Numbered from the stretch's first letter, positions 1 to 10,842 are shown. The stretch: DNA of 64,000 nucleotides from an uncultured Pseudomonadota bacterium (GCA_963843375.1 CAWJKT010000004.1:160001-224000); one strand, 5' to 3'. A program made the numbers and translations. Notes: generated by a model not told the origin, from the sequence alone.

Positions 1-56
1 ATCTATTTCAAGAATATCCTGACTTCCTATTCAAACAAAATGCCACGTCGATGGTT

Positions 57-902
57 TTAGCTGGTCGGAGTAAGTGAATCGTAAGTGCGGATTTTCGTAA
101 TGACTTCCTCAATGAGATAATCCGGGGTCGAGGCTCCGGCAGTGATGCCGACCTTGTCCTTGCCCTCAAACCATTTTGCGTCTAGTTCCTCGGCAGTTTC
201 CACATGATAAGTGTCGTTGGGCAGGTTCATTTTGCAGGTGTCGGCCAGCTTGTGGGTGTTGCTGGAATTGCGCCCGCCGATGACGATCATGATTTGCATG
301 GTCTTGGAAAGGGCGGCGGCGGCGGTTTGGCGGTCCTTGGTGGGCTTGCAGATGGTGTTCACCGTGACCACCTCGGCACAGCGGGTCTTCAAAAGAGACA
401 CGAACTTATCGAACTTATCCATTAATAGCGTGCTTTGGCATACGACACCCACTCGGGACCCCGTCGGAACCGTTTGGATATCCTCTTCGTGGTACACGAT
501 GATAGGATTTTTCATGCGGCTGGCGATACCCTTTACTTCCACGTGTTTAGGGTCTCCAATAATGACGATTTGAAGGCCCTGGGTTTCCAGCTTGTGCCCT
601 TCGTTATAAATTTTGGTAACTAGCGGGCAGGTGGTATCGATGATTTCCAGGTTGCGTTCCTTCATCTGAGCGATTACGTTGATATCCAAACCATGGGCGG
701 TGATGACCACGCGATTGTCCTGCACATCCTCAAGCGAGTGGACGATTTTCTTGTTTAGTGAAGCAAGACGAGCCACTTCCTGAGGGTTATGGATGAGGGA
801 GCCGAAGATAAAGGCGCGGTCCATGGTCTCGGCCTTCTGGATGGCCTTCTTCACGCCAAAACAAAAACCAGCGGCATTGGCTATTTGAATTTCACGCGGC
901 AT
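57..902 (-). CDS. ispH: 4-hydroxy-3-methylbut-2-enyl diphosphate reductase
   Basis: AGFCFGV, LIHNP, TAHG, DTTCP, HVEVKG, NTICKPT, SSNT and GITAGASTP motifs; three Fe-S cysteines. Confidence 0.97.
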   Translation of the reverse strand: MPREIQIANAAGFCFGVKKAIQKAETMDRAFIFGSLIHNPQEVARLASLNKKIVHSLEDVQDNRVVITAHGLDINVIAQMKERNLEIIDTTCPLVTKIYNEGHKLETQGLQIVIIGDPKHVEVKGIASRMKNPIIVYHEEDIQTVPTGSRVGVVCQSTLLMDKFDKFVSLLKTRCAEVVTVNTICKPTKDRQTAAAALSKTMQIMIVIGGRNSSNTHKLADTCKMNLPNDTYHVETAEELDAKWFEGKDKVGITAGASTPDYLIEEVITKIRTYDSLTPTS

Positions 903-922
903 AAAAACCTCTAAAGAGTTTT

Positions 923-1090
923 AACCACCAAGGGCATCAAGGAAACCCTTTGGGGACAAAGGCAATAACGGAAAGTAGGCCAAAAACCTTTCCGAAGTTG
1001 GATTATATATAATGACGTCCTTAAACTATAGAGGTCTTCCTAGGCCAAGAAATTTATCTTTTCTTGGTGAACTTGGTGCCCTTGGTGGTT
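923..1090. repeat. 19-bp inverted repeat pair with 9-nt internal periodicity (MITE/REP-like) between divergent ispH and addB
   Basis: AACCACCAAGGGCATCAAG (923-941) vs CTTGGTGCCCTTGGTGGTT (1072-1090), 18/19 complementary; right arm has CTTGGTG x3 at 9-nt period (1063-1090). Confidence 0.8.
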
Positions 1091-1113
1091 CAATCTTTCT
1101 TTAAGGACATTCC

Positions 1114-4100
1114 GTGGTTTTTTCCCTCTATTTAGGCCCCTACCAGCCCTTCCTGGAAAATCAGCTGCTGGAAACCTTCCAAGACTACCGAAAGAAAGAG
1201 CCATTCGCCCCCGTGACAGTTCTTGTCCCAAATTTCCTATTGGTTGGACATCTGCGTCGGACCCTAGCGGAAAGGGCCGAAAATCTTTTTAACCTTCAGG
1301 TCCACACTCTACGGCACTATTTGGAAAGCTTCGTCGAGGAATCCGTCGTCCGGGAAGGCTTCCAGACCCTGCCGGACGTTTTGGCCCCTTGGATTTTGAA
1401 GGAAGTGGCCCGGCCCATCTTATCCAAGGGTACGGCCTTCCGTTCCGTCATGGAAACGCCGGGGTTTTACCCCTCCTTGCGCTCGACCCTTCGTGAATTA
1501 AGGGAGAGCCTCGTCACCCCGGAGATGCTCCAAGGCTTCTCGAAGAGCTACCAGAAAGCGGTAAACACCCACCGGCTGGCGCAAAAACTTTCCGAGTTCG
1601 CCGAAGTATCGGCCGCCTACCGGGAATGGAAAAAAAAAGGCCGCTGGCTGGACCAGGAGGATTCCTATTTCAAGGCCCTCGAGGTTCCGCCTTCGCCTGA
1701 AGGAAAAGTTTGGATTTACGGGTTTTACGACGCTTCCGCCCTTCAAAAGAAGGTCCTGCGACATTTAACCAGCGGCAGTGAAAGCGCCTGGTTTATACCC
1801 TATGAGGAGCAGCCAGCCTACGAATACGCTAAACCTTTTGTGGACTGGGCCCGAAGCCTGGGAAAGGTTCGTAAAGAGGATTCCTGGGAGCCCAATGGCA
1901 AAGGCCCCCTTCAACGCTTGCAGGGGATCTTGTTCCACGGGAAAAACCCCTGGATGGACCATTTCGGGCCGGCTCCGGAAATAAAACCCGAGGATTACGA
2001 AAGGTCGGATTGCAAGATCATCCTCTGTCCCGGCGAGCCCCGGGAAGCTCGGGAAGTGGCCCGGGCCATTTTCGAGGAAGCGGCCCGGAGCAATTCTAAC
2101 CTATCCGATTGCGCGGTAGTCCTTCGGGACCCGGCTGCTTACCGCAAGATCCTTCCACCCGCCTTCGAGGACCAGGGAATTCCCCTTTCCAAAAGCATTC
2201 CCGGTCCGCTCCTGGAAACCATGGAAGCCAAAACGCTTTTGCTTATGTTGGATTGCTTTCTGAAGGATTTTCCACGCAACACGGTGATGGATTTGGTGTC
2301 GTGTCCTCCCTTGCAATCCGCAGGATTTGGATTGAAGCCGGAGAAATGGAATCCCTCCTACTGGGATGTTCTGAGCCGGGAAGCTCGTATCGTGGAGGGC
2401 GAGAAAGAATGGATCAACCGCCTCACGACTTGGCGGGCTTTGAAGAAAAAGGGAAATCGGGAAGAGGATGAGCCGACTTCCGCCGAGAGAGAGATCCAAT
2501 CCTCGATGGCTTTTGAAAAGATCCTGGCTTGGTTGTTCGAAGCGCGGCGTGAATTTGAAAAAGCCAAGGGCTGGCCTGAAAAATCGGCCAAACTGTTGGG
2601 TCGGTTCAAGAGCCTGTGCCTCCCTAGCGAAGCCTTAAAGGAGGTGGCGGGTGTTTTGGAATCCTTCGCCCTTCTCAGCCGGTCCTTCCACCTGGATATT
2701 TCCGCCGAGGACTTCAGCTCGCTGTTGGCCGCTTTGTTGGAGGAACGAAAGGTAAAGGCCAAGTCCCTCCAGCCCGGGGGTGTGCAGGTGGTGGATTTGA
2801 TGCAGGCGCGGGGCGTTCCCTTTGACCTTTTGGTCTTCCCGGGGCTGGTAGAAAAATCCATACCCCGCCTAGTTAGGCAGGACCCCCTTTTGCTCGATGA
2901 CGAAAGAACGCTTTTAAACGCCAAGTCCGAAGGCGCTGAAATCCCACTGAAGAAATCGGGAATGTTGGAAGAAAGACTGCTTTTCACCCTGGCCGTCCGA
3001 AGCGCGAAAAAGGCGATCCTTCTAACAGCTCCCCACCTGAACCCCTCCACCGGTTCCCCCCGAACCCCCTCTATCTATCTCTTCGAATCAGCCGAAGCGG
3101 TCCTGGGGAGGCGCATCACGCGCTTGGGGGATGTGCCTGGATTGGTGAAAGCCGTCCTGGTTAACGATTGGATTCAGACTGATTTTGCTCATTGCGCGGA
3201 CCCTTTGGAAATCCTCCTAACGGCGATGGATTTGGGCCGCCAAGGCGACCTTGCGGCAGTCCTGGCCGTAGTCCGAGAAAAACCCTTTTATTTTGAGGGT
3301 TGTGATCTCCTGAAATTACGGCAAGCTGCCCGTGTTTTCACCGCTTATGACGGAATGCTGCAGGGCGAGGAGGCCCGGAAGCGACTCCAACAAAACCATT
3401 CTCTCAAGGACAAACGTCTTTCCGCCTCCCGTCTGGAGACTTTTGCGGCCTGTCCCCTGAGGTATTTTTACAAATACGTTTTGGGGCTCATCGTGACGCC
3501 TGAGCCGGAAAAGGTGTTGGAACTCCAAGCTTCCGACCGCGGCAATCTGATGCACGAAATTCTGGAGCAAACCCTGAAGCGGGGTGTGAAGGAAGGTTGG
3601 CTTAAGGACACTGCACGGGAGGCGGCCCAAAAGACACTGGGCGAGGAAAAAGAAAAAGCCTTCCGCCGTTTCGAAAAAGAAGGTGTCCCCGGCGCTCCAG
3701 CATTGTGGGCCTGGGAAAAGGACCAAATGGTCCGCGACATGCTTCGTGTCGTAGAAGATATTCTTCAGGAGGCCGATTGGACCCCCTTGGATTTTGAGGT
3801 GGCTTTTGGAAGCGAACCGGGGAAGAACGATGTAGCTTTTTCCGCCGGAGGAAAGGTTTCCTTCGGTTTGCAAGGCCGCATGGACCGAGTGGATATTTCC
3901 AAGGATGGGAATCGTCTAAGGGTGGTGGATTACAAAAGCGGTAGTTCAAACGGTGTTTCCAAGAACAGCGTTAAGGCCGGCACCAAATTACAGCTCCCCT
4001 TTTACCTATGGGCCCTCCAAAGCATTTTCCCCCAAAAAGAAGCCAAGGAAGCCCTTTATGATTACGTTACCCGCAAAGGAGGATACCGACAGGTTTCTTT

Positions 4101-4317
4101 CACACCTCAGTCCCCGGACCAAATCCGTGACATCCTCTCCCAAATACTTTTCACGGTGGATGGAAGCGTGGAGGAAGGAAGATTTCCTGCCGTTGGGTTG
4201 GAATGTGAACAATGCGATTACCAGAAACTTTGTGGGACGGGCATGAAAGCGCGAGGCGAGCGCAAGTGTGAAGATAAAAAAGTTAGTAGTTATTTCGAGT
4301 TGGAGAATTTGCCATGA
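1114..4317 (+). CDS. addB: AddB/RexB-like inactive helicase with C-terminal PD-(D/E)XK nuclease and Fe-S staple
   Basis: LSASRLETFAACP, RGNLMHEILE, GRMDRVD..RVVDYKSG, LQLPFY, CEQCDYQKLC; directly upstream of AddA-like gene. Confidence 0.85.
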   Translation: MVFSLYLGPYQPFLENQLLETFQDYRKKEPFAPVTVLVPNFLLVGHLRRTLAERAENLFNLQVHTLRHYLESFVEESVVREGFQTLPDVLAPWILKEVARPILSKGTAFRSVMETPGFYPSLRSTLRELRESLVTPEMLQGFSKSYQKAVNTHRLAQKLSEFAEVSAAYREWKKKGRWLDQEDSYFKALEVPPSPEGKVWIYGFYDASALQKKVLRHLTSGSESAWFIPYEEQPAYEYAKPFVDWARSLGKVRKEDSWEPNGKGPLQRLQGILFHGKNPWMDHFGPAPEIKPEDYERSDCKIILCPGEPREAREVARAIFEEAARSNSNLSDCAVVLRDPAAYRKILPPAFEDQGIPLSKSIPGPLLETMEAKTLLLMLDCFLKDFPRNTVMDLVSCPPLQSAGFGLKPEKWNPSYWDVLSREARIVEGEKEWINRLTTWRALKKKGNREEDEPTSAEREIQSSMAFEKILAWLFEARREFEKAKGWPEKSAKLLGRFKSLCLPSEALKEVAGVLESFALLSRSFHLDISAEDFSSLLAALLEERKVKAKSLQPGGVQVVDLMQARGVPFDLLVFPGLVEKSIPRLVRQDPLLLDDERTLLNAKSEGAEIPLKKSGMLEERLLFTLAVRSAKKAILLTAPHLNPSTGSPRTPSIYLFESAEAVLGRRITRLGDVPGLVKAVLVNDWIQTDFAHCADPLEILLTAMDLGRQGDLAAVLAVVREKPFYFEGCDLLKLRQAARVFTAYDGMLQGEEARKRLQQNHSLKDKRLSASRLETFAACPLRYFYKYVLGLIVTPEPEKVLELQASDRGNLMHEILEQTLKRGVKEGWLKDTAREAAQKTLGEEKEKAFRRFEKEGVPGAPALWAWEKDQMVRDMLRVVEDILQEADWTPLDFEVAFGSEPGKNDVAFSAGGKVSFGLQGRMDRVDISKDGNRLRVVDYKSGSSNGVSKNSVKAGTKLQLPFYLWALQSIFPQKEAKEALYDYVTRKGGYRQVSFTPQSPDQIRDILSQILFTVDGSVEEGRFPAVGLECEQCDYQKLCGTGMKARGERKCEDKKVSSYFELENLP

Positions 4318-4391
4318 ACCAAAAACAAAACGAGGCAGCCGAGGATGGAAAAATTTCTATAGATAAATTTCCTCGAGTATTGAGATTTTAG

Positions 4392-7300
4392 ATGATTTCA
4401 GATGAAGAGGCGCGGCAACGGATACGAAAAGACCTAGACGCTTCTTTCGCGGTGGACGCGGGAGCGGGCACTGGCAAGACGACACTACTGATAGACCGGC
4501 TGGCGGGTGTGCTTTTGGAAAAACGCATCCCCCTCTCCCGGGTCGCCGCCATTACATTCACCGATAAAGCGGCGGGAGAACTCATTGAACGGCTTCGAAT
4601 CAAGCTTGAAAAAGCCTTCGACGATCCTATCATCGAGCCCCAATTAATAAGGCGAGCCCTGCAAGATTTGGAACAGGCTTCGGTATCTACCATTCATTCC
4701 TTTTGTTCATCGATTCTCCGTGAATATCCCGTGGAAGCTGGAGTGGACCCCCGCTTCGTAGTCTTGGATCAGGTGCAGGCGGATACCCTGGAAATTCAAG
4801 CTTGGGAAGGATGGTTGAAGAGGTCGCTGGAGAAGGAAGTGGAAGCTCTCTCCCGGTTTTTAAAGCTCGGCGGGACCTTCAACCAGGTGGAAAGCCTGAA
4901 GGACAACCTGCTCAAGAACCGGTCTCTTTTAAATCGGCCTACACCACCGTCTCTGCCGGAAACCCAACCAATCTATGGGGAAATCAAAGCTTTTCACGGC
5001 AAAATCCCGGGATTTCTCCATAAGTGCATTGATTACCAGGACCCCATGTTTCAAAACCTGTCGGCTTTCTTGAGGCTATGGGAATCCTTAAAGGATTCAA
5101 GCGATCCTATAGAAATAGCCAGGATGGAATTGCCCTCTTCCAAATCGGGTGCCGAGATCCGATGGGAAAAGGGTGTAATCAAACCCCTCAAGGCGGAGCT
5201 CAAGAACCTGGAGGAAAGCCATGAGAAATTCGCTGCCCAAGTGAAGGATTCCTGCCTTCTTTCATTGGTCAACTGGCTTTGGGATTATCTGCAAGAATAC
5301 GGGGACGCCAAGACCCGCCTAGGATTCCTGGATTTTGATGACCTGCTTTCCAAGACCCGTGACTTATTGAAGGGCCAGCCCCCAGTACGGGAGGAAATGA
5401 AAAAACGGTTCGACCGGGTTTTCGTGGATGAGTTCCAGGACACGGATCCCTTGCAGGTAGAAATCGCTTTCTTTCTATCAGAAAAGAAAAACAACAAAGC
5501 CGCCCAATGGCAGGACGTGAAACTGGAACCTGGAAAATTGTTTCTCGTTGGCGATCCCCAGCAAAGTATTTACCGCTTCCGGCGTGCGGATGTGGAGATT
5601 TACGGGGAAGCCAAGGGAAAACTTGAGGCTTCGGGAGGTCGGGTGGAAAAGCTGACGGAAAACTTCCGTACTCTTCCCCCAATTGTGGAATGGGTGAACG
5701 AAGGCTTCCAGAAACATTTTGAGAGCGGCCTTTTTCCTTATGTGGCCCAGAAGGCCCACCGCGTTTTGGCGGAGGGAAGATTTTCACCCCTGATGACCCT
5801 GGCCATGGTCGAGTTGCCTGAGGGTGAGCAGACTGCCGATTCCTTCCGGAAACTTGAAGCCGAAACGGTGGCTTCCTTCATCACACAACTGTTGAAAGGT
5901 GATCCGCCCCTGATCGAGGATCCCAAGACCAAGACCCCGAGACCATTGAAGGCTGGGGACGTCGCCATCCTTTTCCGCGACCTTTCCAACACCGAGGAAG
6001 TTTACGAGGAGGCTCTTCGAAGCCGTGGGGTGCCTTTTTCGGTTGTGGGCGGGAAGAAATTCTATAACCGACCCGAGATCGTGGCCTTGGAGACCCTGCT
6101 GTCCGCACTGGAGTCGCCCGCAGACGAGGCGGGTTTAGTGGCCCTGCTTCGGACGCCCCTCTTCGGGTTCAGCGATGAGGACTTGTTCCTTTACCGCGAA
6201 AAAAGGGGGGCTTTCCAGTTTTTACAAACTGCGGACGGAAAGATGGGCGAGGCTTTTTCAAAACTCCGGGAATGGCGGGAGGCCATTCGGGAAAAATCCC
6301 CGGCCGAATCCCTTCTATATCTTTACCAAGCGACGAATCTTCTGGCTGTGGTGGCTTCCCAAACGCACGGCACCCAACGCGTGGCCAACATCCTGAAGGT
6401 GGTGGATCAATGCCGTGATCTGGAGGCTTCCCAAAACTTTACCTACCGGGCCTTCGTGAAATGGCTCTCCCGCCAAAGAGAGGAAGATTCCATGGAAGGT
6501 GAGGCCCCGGGGCCGGAGGAAACGGGAAACCAAGTTACCCTTATGACCCTTCATAAAGCTAAGGGGCTGGAATTTCCGGTAGTGATTTTGTCATCCGCAG
6601 GTAAGAGCGCCGACAAGCCGAGGGCCGCCGAATTCATCGTGAACCGCAAGTCGGGCACGGCCGCCTTCAAAGTTGGCGATTCCAGAAATGAATTTTGGAC
6701 CAGCAGTTATCCCAAGGCCAAAGAAGAAGAGCTTGCCCATGAAAGAGCTGAAACCCTGCGCCTGCTTTACGTGGGCTGTACCCGGGCCCGGGAAAGCCTG
6801 GTGATCCCCCGGTTTTCCCAAGAGAAAGCACCGGCATTTTTGAAACCACTTTGGGATTATTTGGATTCCCCGGCTGTGAAGGTCGTGAAAGTCACTTTGG
6901 ATAAGGGAGGGGAAGATGTCTCCCCGTTGGTTTTGGAGCTCAATGAAACCCAGGCTAAGGGTGGGGCTGTTGATAAAAAGGCACACGATTTAAACCGTCT
7001 TCAGGAAGAAAAGAAAAGCAGGACCCAAGCCCTTACCCATGAACCTGCTTTGAAATCCGTTACTTCTCTTGTTCATTCCGATGATGATAAATCACTCCGG
7101 GAGGGGTGGAACCTGGCGGGCGGGCCGGAAGCCGACCCTCTCTCCTTATCTAAGGAAGAAGCCAAAACCTTCGGGGTTTTGACCCACAAGCTTCTGGAAA
7201 AGGGATGGAATTGGGATGAGGAACTTTTAGAAAAAGCCGCCCTTTCTTGGAGAGTGAATTTGAACCTATCTGAAGAAAAGGCCCGGGAAGCCGCCGGAAT

Positions 7301-7610
7301 GGCTTCCCGGGCACTCAAAGGGGAACTTCTCCAAAGAGCTAAGAAATCCCCGCAGGTTTTCAGGGAATTACCTTTGTCCGGTAAAACTTCCGCCGGTGAA
7401 TTCCTAAATGCCATTATGGATCTGGCGTTCCTGGAAGGGAACGAATGGGTGATCGTGGATTATAAGACGGACCAGGATATGGAAAGAGAAAAAGATAAGT
7501 ACAAGGAACAGTTGGGCTATTACAGCCAGCTTTTAGAAAAGTTCACGAATTATAAGGTGAAAGAAGTATTTCTTTATTTCGTTCGGCATAATGAAATCGT
7601 CCGGCTTTAG
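4392..7610 (+). CDS. addA: AddA-like UvrD helicase with RecB-family nuclease domain
   Basis: AGAGTGKT, ITFT, STIHSF, VDEFQD, VGDPQQSIYRFR, TLHKAKGLEF, LLYVGCTRA, DLAF..IVDYKTD. Confidence 0.9.
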   Translation: MISDEEARQRIRKDLDASFAVDAGAGTGKTTLLIDRLAGVLLEKRIPLSRVAAITFTDKAAGELIERLRIKLEKAFDDPIIEPQLIRRALQDLEQASVSTIHSFCSSILREYPVEAGVDPRFVVLDQVQADTLEIQAWEGWLKRSLEKEVEALSRFLKLGGTFNQVESLKDNLLKNRSLLNRPTPPSLPETQPIYGEIKAFHGKIPGFLHKCIDYQDPMFQNLSAFLRLWESLKDSSDPIEIARMELPSSKSGAEIRWEKGVIKPLKAELKNLEESHEKFAAQVKDSCLLSLVNWLWDYLQEYGDAKTRLGFLDFDDLLSKTRDLLKGQPPVREEMKKRFDRVFVDEFQDTDPLQVEIAFFLSEKKNNKAAQWQDVKLEPGKLFLVGDPQQSIYRFRRADVEIYGEAKGKLEASGGRVEKLTENFRTLPPIVEWVNEGFQKHFESGLFPYVAQKAHRVLAEGRFSPLMTLAMVELPEGEQTADSFRKLEAETVASFITQLLKGDPPLIEDPKTKTPRPLKAGDVAILFRDLSNTEEVYEEALRSRGVPFSVVGGKKFYNRPEIVALETLLSALESPADEAGLVALLRTPLFGFSDEDLFLYREKRGAFQFLQTADGKMGEAFSKLREWREAIREKSPAESLLYLYQATNLLAVVASQTHGTQRVANILKVVDQCRDLEASQNFTYRAFVKWLSRQREEDSMEGEAPGPEETGNQVTLMTLHKAKGLEFPVVILSSAGKSADKPRAAEFIVNRKSGTAAFKVGDSRNEFWTSSYPKAKEEELAHERAETLRLLYVGCTRARESLVIPRFSQEKAPAFLKPLWDYLDSPAVKVVKVTLDKGGEDVSPLVLELNETQAKGGAVDKKAHDLNRLQEEKKSRTQALTHEPALKSVTSLVHSDDDKSLREGWNLAGGPEADPLSLSKEEAKTFGVLTHKLLEKGWNWDEELLEKAALSWRVNLNLSEEKAREAAGMASRALKGELLQRAKKSPQVFRELPLSGKTSAGEFLNAIMDLAFLEGNEWVIVDYKTDQDMEREKDKYKEQLGYYSQLLEKFTNYKVKEVFLYFVRHNEIVRL

Positions 7611-7701
7611 CGGTTTTGGCACACGGCCAAAGCCGCTTTAAGTCATATTTGAAGAGATGTATTTATTACTCAAGTTTTTGTTTAAAAGATAAAATAGCCC
7701 T

Positions 7702-8664
7702 ATGTCCCACGAACACCCTCATGACCACTCACACAAACCGCACAAATCAGTTGAGTTACACCATGGCCACTCCCACGAGGAACCCAGTCGCCGAGGAAAG
7801 ATGATTTGGGCCATCGGCATCACCAGTTCCATCTTAGTTCTCGAAGCCGTGGGCGGCATTGTTTCAGGTTCTTTGGCCTTGCTTTCCGACGCCGGTCATA
7901 TGCTCACCGATCTGGCCGCACTCTTGATTTCCCTGGCCGCGATGATTATGGCCGCCAAGCCGGTCAGTGCCCGGCATACCTATGGTTTCGCCAGGCTCGA
8001 AGTTCTGGCGGCCTTGGGAAACGCCATTACGTTCTTTCTTATGGTTGTGGGTGTAGGTTGGGAAGCTGTGAACCGATTCGCCCATCCTTCTTTGCCCGAT
8101 TGGAAGATTATGGGAATCATCGCGGGTGTCGGGCTTTTGGCCAATGCCCTTTCAGCCTGGTTTTTACATGGAGCGGAAGAGGAAGACTTGAACCTACAAA
8201 GCGCCTGGGTTCATGTAATGGGCGACTTGGCTTCGTCCCTGGGGGTCTTAATGGGCGTTTTCGTCATTGCCAAAACCGGTTGGACCTGGGTGGACCCGCT
8301 TTTAAGCTTAGGGATCGCCCTACTCATCGCGGTGAGCGCCTTCAAGCTTTTCATGAAGGCTCTTCATATTCTCTTGGAATCGGCGCCCAAAGGCCTTACC
8401 TCCGACCTCATTTATGAAGCCCTGACCCAGGGCATTCCTGAGATAAAGGAAGTCCACCATGTCCACCTCTGGGAGGTGGGGTCCGGGGAAGTGCATTTGA
8501 CCGCGCATCTGGTGGTGATCGACCGTCCTTTAAGCCAGGGACTTGATATCATCCAGAATGCTTCAGAAATATTGGAGAATAAATTTTCGATCCATCACAG
8601 TACTTTCCAGTTAGAAGCGCCAGCCCTTGTTCCGATGCAGGGTCCCAAGAACCCAGCTGATTGA
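7702..8664 (+). CDS. Cation diffusion facilitator (CzcD/ZitB-like Zn/Co/Cd exporter)
   Basis: His-rich N-terminus, SLALLSDAGHMLTD, TYGFARLE, HVMGD, EVHHVHLW. Confidence 0.93.
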   Translation: MSHEHPHDHSHKPHKSVELHHGHSHEEPSRRGKMIWAIGITSSILVLEAVGGIVSGSLALLSDAGHMLTDLAALLISLAAMIMAAKPVSARHTYGFARLEVLAALGNAITFFLMVVGVGWEAVNRFAHPSLPDWKIMGIIAGVGLLANALSAWFLHGAEEEDLNLQSAWVHVMGDLASSLGVLMGVFVIAKTGWTWVDPLLSLGIALLIAVSAFKLFMKALHILLESAPKGLTSDLIYEALTQGIPEIKEVHHVHLWEVGSGEVHLTAHLVVIDRPLSQGLDIIQNASEILENKFSIHHSTFQLEAPALVPMQGPKNPAD

Positions 8665-8703
8665 CCATGAAAAGGGAATTTTCTCCTTGTGTTTTAGAAA
8701 CAT

Positions 8704-10734
8704 TCAAGGACTTGGCCGGATAGTTCTCCCCTCCTCCATTAAAAGGATTAACTTTTCCGACAAAACGGCATCCCGACAGCTTTTATCAAAAGATTGCTGG
8801 AAGATTTTTGGGAGATTCCCCCAACCCTCCTCTTTATCCTCGGGATGAAAGGTTTCTTCCCAGGAATAATTGAAGGCCAATTTTTCGAAGAAAAAAGACT
8901 GTAAAAGGGAATCGTTGGGGACCCATGGATAAAATCTGGCCATGTTCCTCAAAATTTCTGTTCGTGGCTGCCCATCCGCCAGATCGATAATTTTGAATTC
9001 GATTCCCTGATACCATGAGTAAAAATCATTCCATGAATTGAAAGTTCCCGCAAGGGATGGATTGAGGGGTATCAAAACAAGTCCGTGACGGTTCGCAGGT
9101 CCGCCTGCTTCGGCAGGAAGATCGAACCATCGGGAAGAAGGAAAGCGCTGGGAAAAGACAGGCCGATAGTGCTCCAAAGTAAAAACCGCGGCCCATTTCA
9201 CGTTTCGTGCTTGGACATCGGAGTTGAGGGTCGCATTGAAGAAATAAGTGGCATAGGTCAGGATATGGTCGCTTTGCTCCGGCACCAATTCAGGGAAAAT
9301 AAAACCGGGACCTTCGCGATCCGAAAGCTGTTTCAATATTTCATAACAATATTGTTTTGGGGGAATTGTTGTCCCCCTGTCTTCCGCGTTAAAGGGCAGG
9401 AATAACCTGTTCCAGTCCAATCCTAAAGAAGTCAATAAAACCAACGGGAGAAAAGTTGCCCGACCGCGTGAAGAGAGGCGGGCCCAGAGGGACTGGGCTC
9501 CCAGAGCTGTCACGATCACCAACAAGGGGAGAAGAGGAATTATTCGGTAAGTTTCCATACTGTTGGACAGGAAGCCCGGGGATAAAAAGAGAAGAAAGAA
9601 AAAGGCAATGAACCGGGTCGACGGTTCCCGGCGGAACCGGTAAAGTTCTAGGCACCCCACGAAAAAGGAGGATGCCGATAAGACGTTTAAAAATCCACCC
9701 AAGGGCGGGACACACAACCCCTTTACTCCCCCCCAAAAAAGTACAGAAAGGTATGCCATCGCCACATTCACGGGAACCCACCAAGATGAAAAGTTTTTCC
9801 AGGAAGCTACGGCCAAAATGTGATGGCCAAAGCCCTGGGTCCGGATGGCAATCAAAAAAGGGATCAAGGCGACCCCCAGACCCATGAAGAAAACAAACAA
9901 CAAAGCATAATCTCGCGGACGTTTCTTAAAGAATTCAAAGACGATGACAACAATAATTCCAAAGGACACTACTTCCCAGGGATCAATGGTGAGGGGACCC
10001 AATCCCGCGCAAAAGCCTAAAAAACAGGTCCATTTTTTCCTGGAGGAGTTTGCGGAAGGAAAAAGATAACGTCCAAAAACGTAAAAACACCCGCATTCCC
10101 ATAAAGGAAACAAAACTCCCGCCAAGGGAGTTCTTCCAACCAACTGGGCCCAAAGATTTAAGGCTAGAAGGAAAGAAGCGAGAAAGGAAAAGGAAGAGGA
10201 AAAAAACCTTCGGGCCGCAAAATAACTTGCCAACACGGTTAAAGTGGAAAGAAAAGCTGGAGGAAAATAGAGGCTGAGGAACGGGTTGTCTGACAATTTT
10301 AGGGTGAAAAAACATAAACGGCTCAAAAGACTTGATACTTGGGAAAAATCTTGGAAGAGCCTCCAATGCCATTTCTGAAAGAGTTCCAGGGCGCTCATAC
10401 CCGTCAAAGCTTCATCCCCTTCCGGCCAAAGGCCGGAGTCGGTTAAGCGCCAAAACCGCAGAAACAAACCTAACCCGGCAGGAAAAATCCAAATCCATCG
10501 ATGTTGAAAGGTAAAAATCTCAACCGCATAGGGGGGGCGCTGGTCAGGGGATACCTCCACATGAGTCGCCCAATAAAGGAAAAAGGGCAGGGCCAAACCG
10601 AGCAAAAGGACCCAAAATCTGAAAACAAGCGGGAGTGAACCAAAGGTCAATAAGGTATTGGAAAGAAGAAATACCAGGAAATAAATCCAAGGGTTATAGG
10701 GAAGTTTCAAATCCGCCCGCGAGGTGGCTTTCAT
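8704..10734 (-). CDS. GT-C-fold (PMT/ArnT-like) polytopic membrane glycosyltransferase, paralog 1
   Basis: Many TM helices, WPEGDEA loop motif, GGFLN, FFEK; start refined to MKATS at 10734. Confidence 0.7.
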   Translation of the reverse strand: MKATSRADLKLPYNPWIYFLVFLLSNTLLTFGSLPLVFRFWVLLLGLALPFFLYWATHVEVSPDQRPPYAVEIFTFQHRWIWIFPAGLGLFLRFWRLTDSGLWPEGDEALTGMSALELFQKWHWRLFQDFSQVSSLLSRLCFFTLKLSDNPFLSLYFPPAFLSTLTVLASYFAARRFFSSSFSFLASFLLALNLWAQLVGRTPLAGVLFPLWECGCFYVFGRYLFPSANSSRKKWTCFLGFCAGLGPLTIDPWEVVSFGIIVVIVFEFFKKRPRDYALLFVFFMGLGVALIPFLIAIRTQGFGHHILAVASWKNFSSWWVPVNVAMAYLSVLFWGGVKGLCVPPLGGFLNVLSASSFFVGCLELYRFRREPSTRFIAFFFLLFLSPGFLSNSMETYRIIPLLPLLVIVTALGAQSLWARLSSRGRATFLPLVLLTSLGLDWNRLFLPFNAEDRGTTIPPKQYCYEILKQLSDREGPGFIFPELVPEQSDHILTYATYFFNATLNSDVQARNVKWAAVFTLEHYRPVFSQRFPSSRWFDLPAEAGGPANRHGLVLIPLNPSLAGTFNSWNDFYSWYQGIEFKIIDLADGQPRTEILRNMARFYPWVPNDSLLQSFFFEKLAFNYSWEETFHPEDKEEGWGNLPKIFQQSFDKSCRDAVLSEKLILLMEEGRTIRPSP

Positions 10735-10842
10735 AGGAGTTCTTTCTTTAAAAACCGTCGGCGGGAAGGCGCTTTTCCAAAACCCGCAGTCCGTCAGCAT
10801 AGTTAAAGCGTTTTTAAAAATCCTTTTGTTGGCCGAATAATC

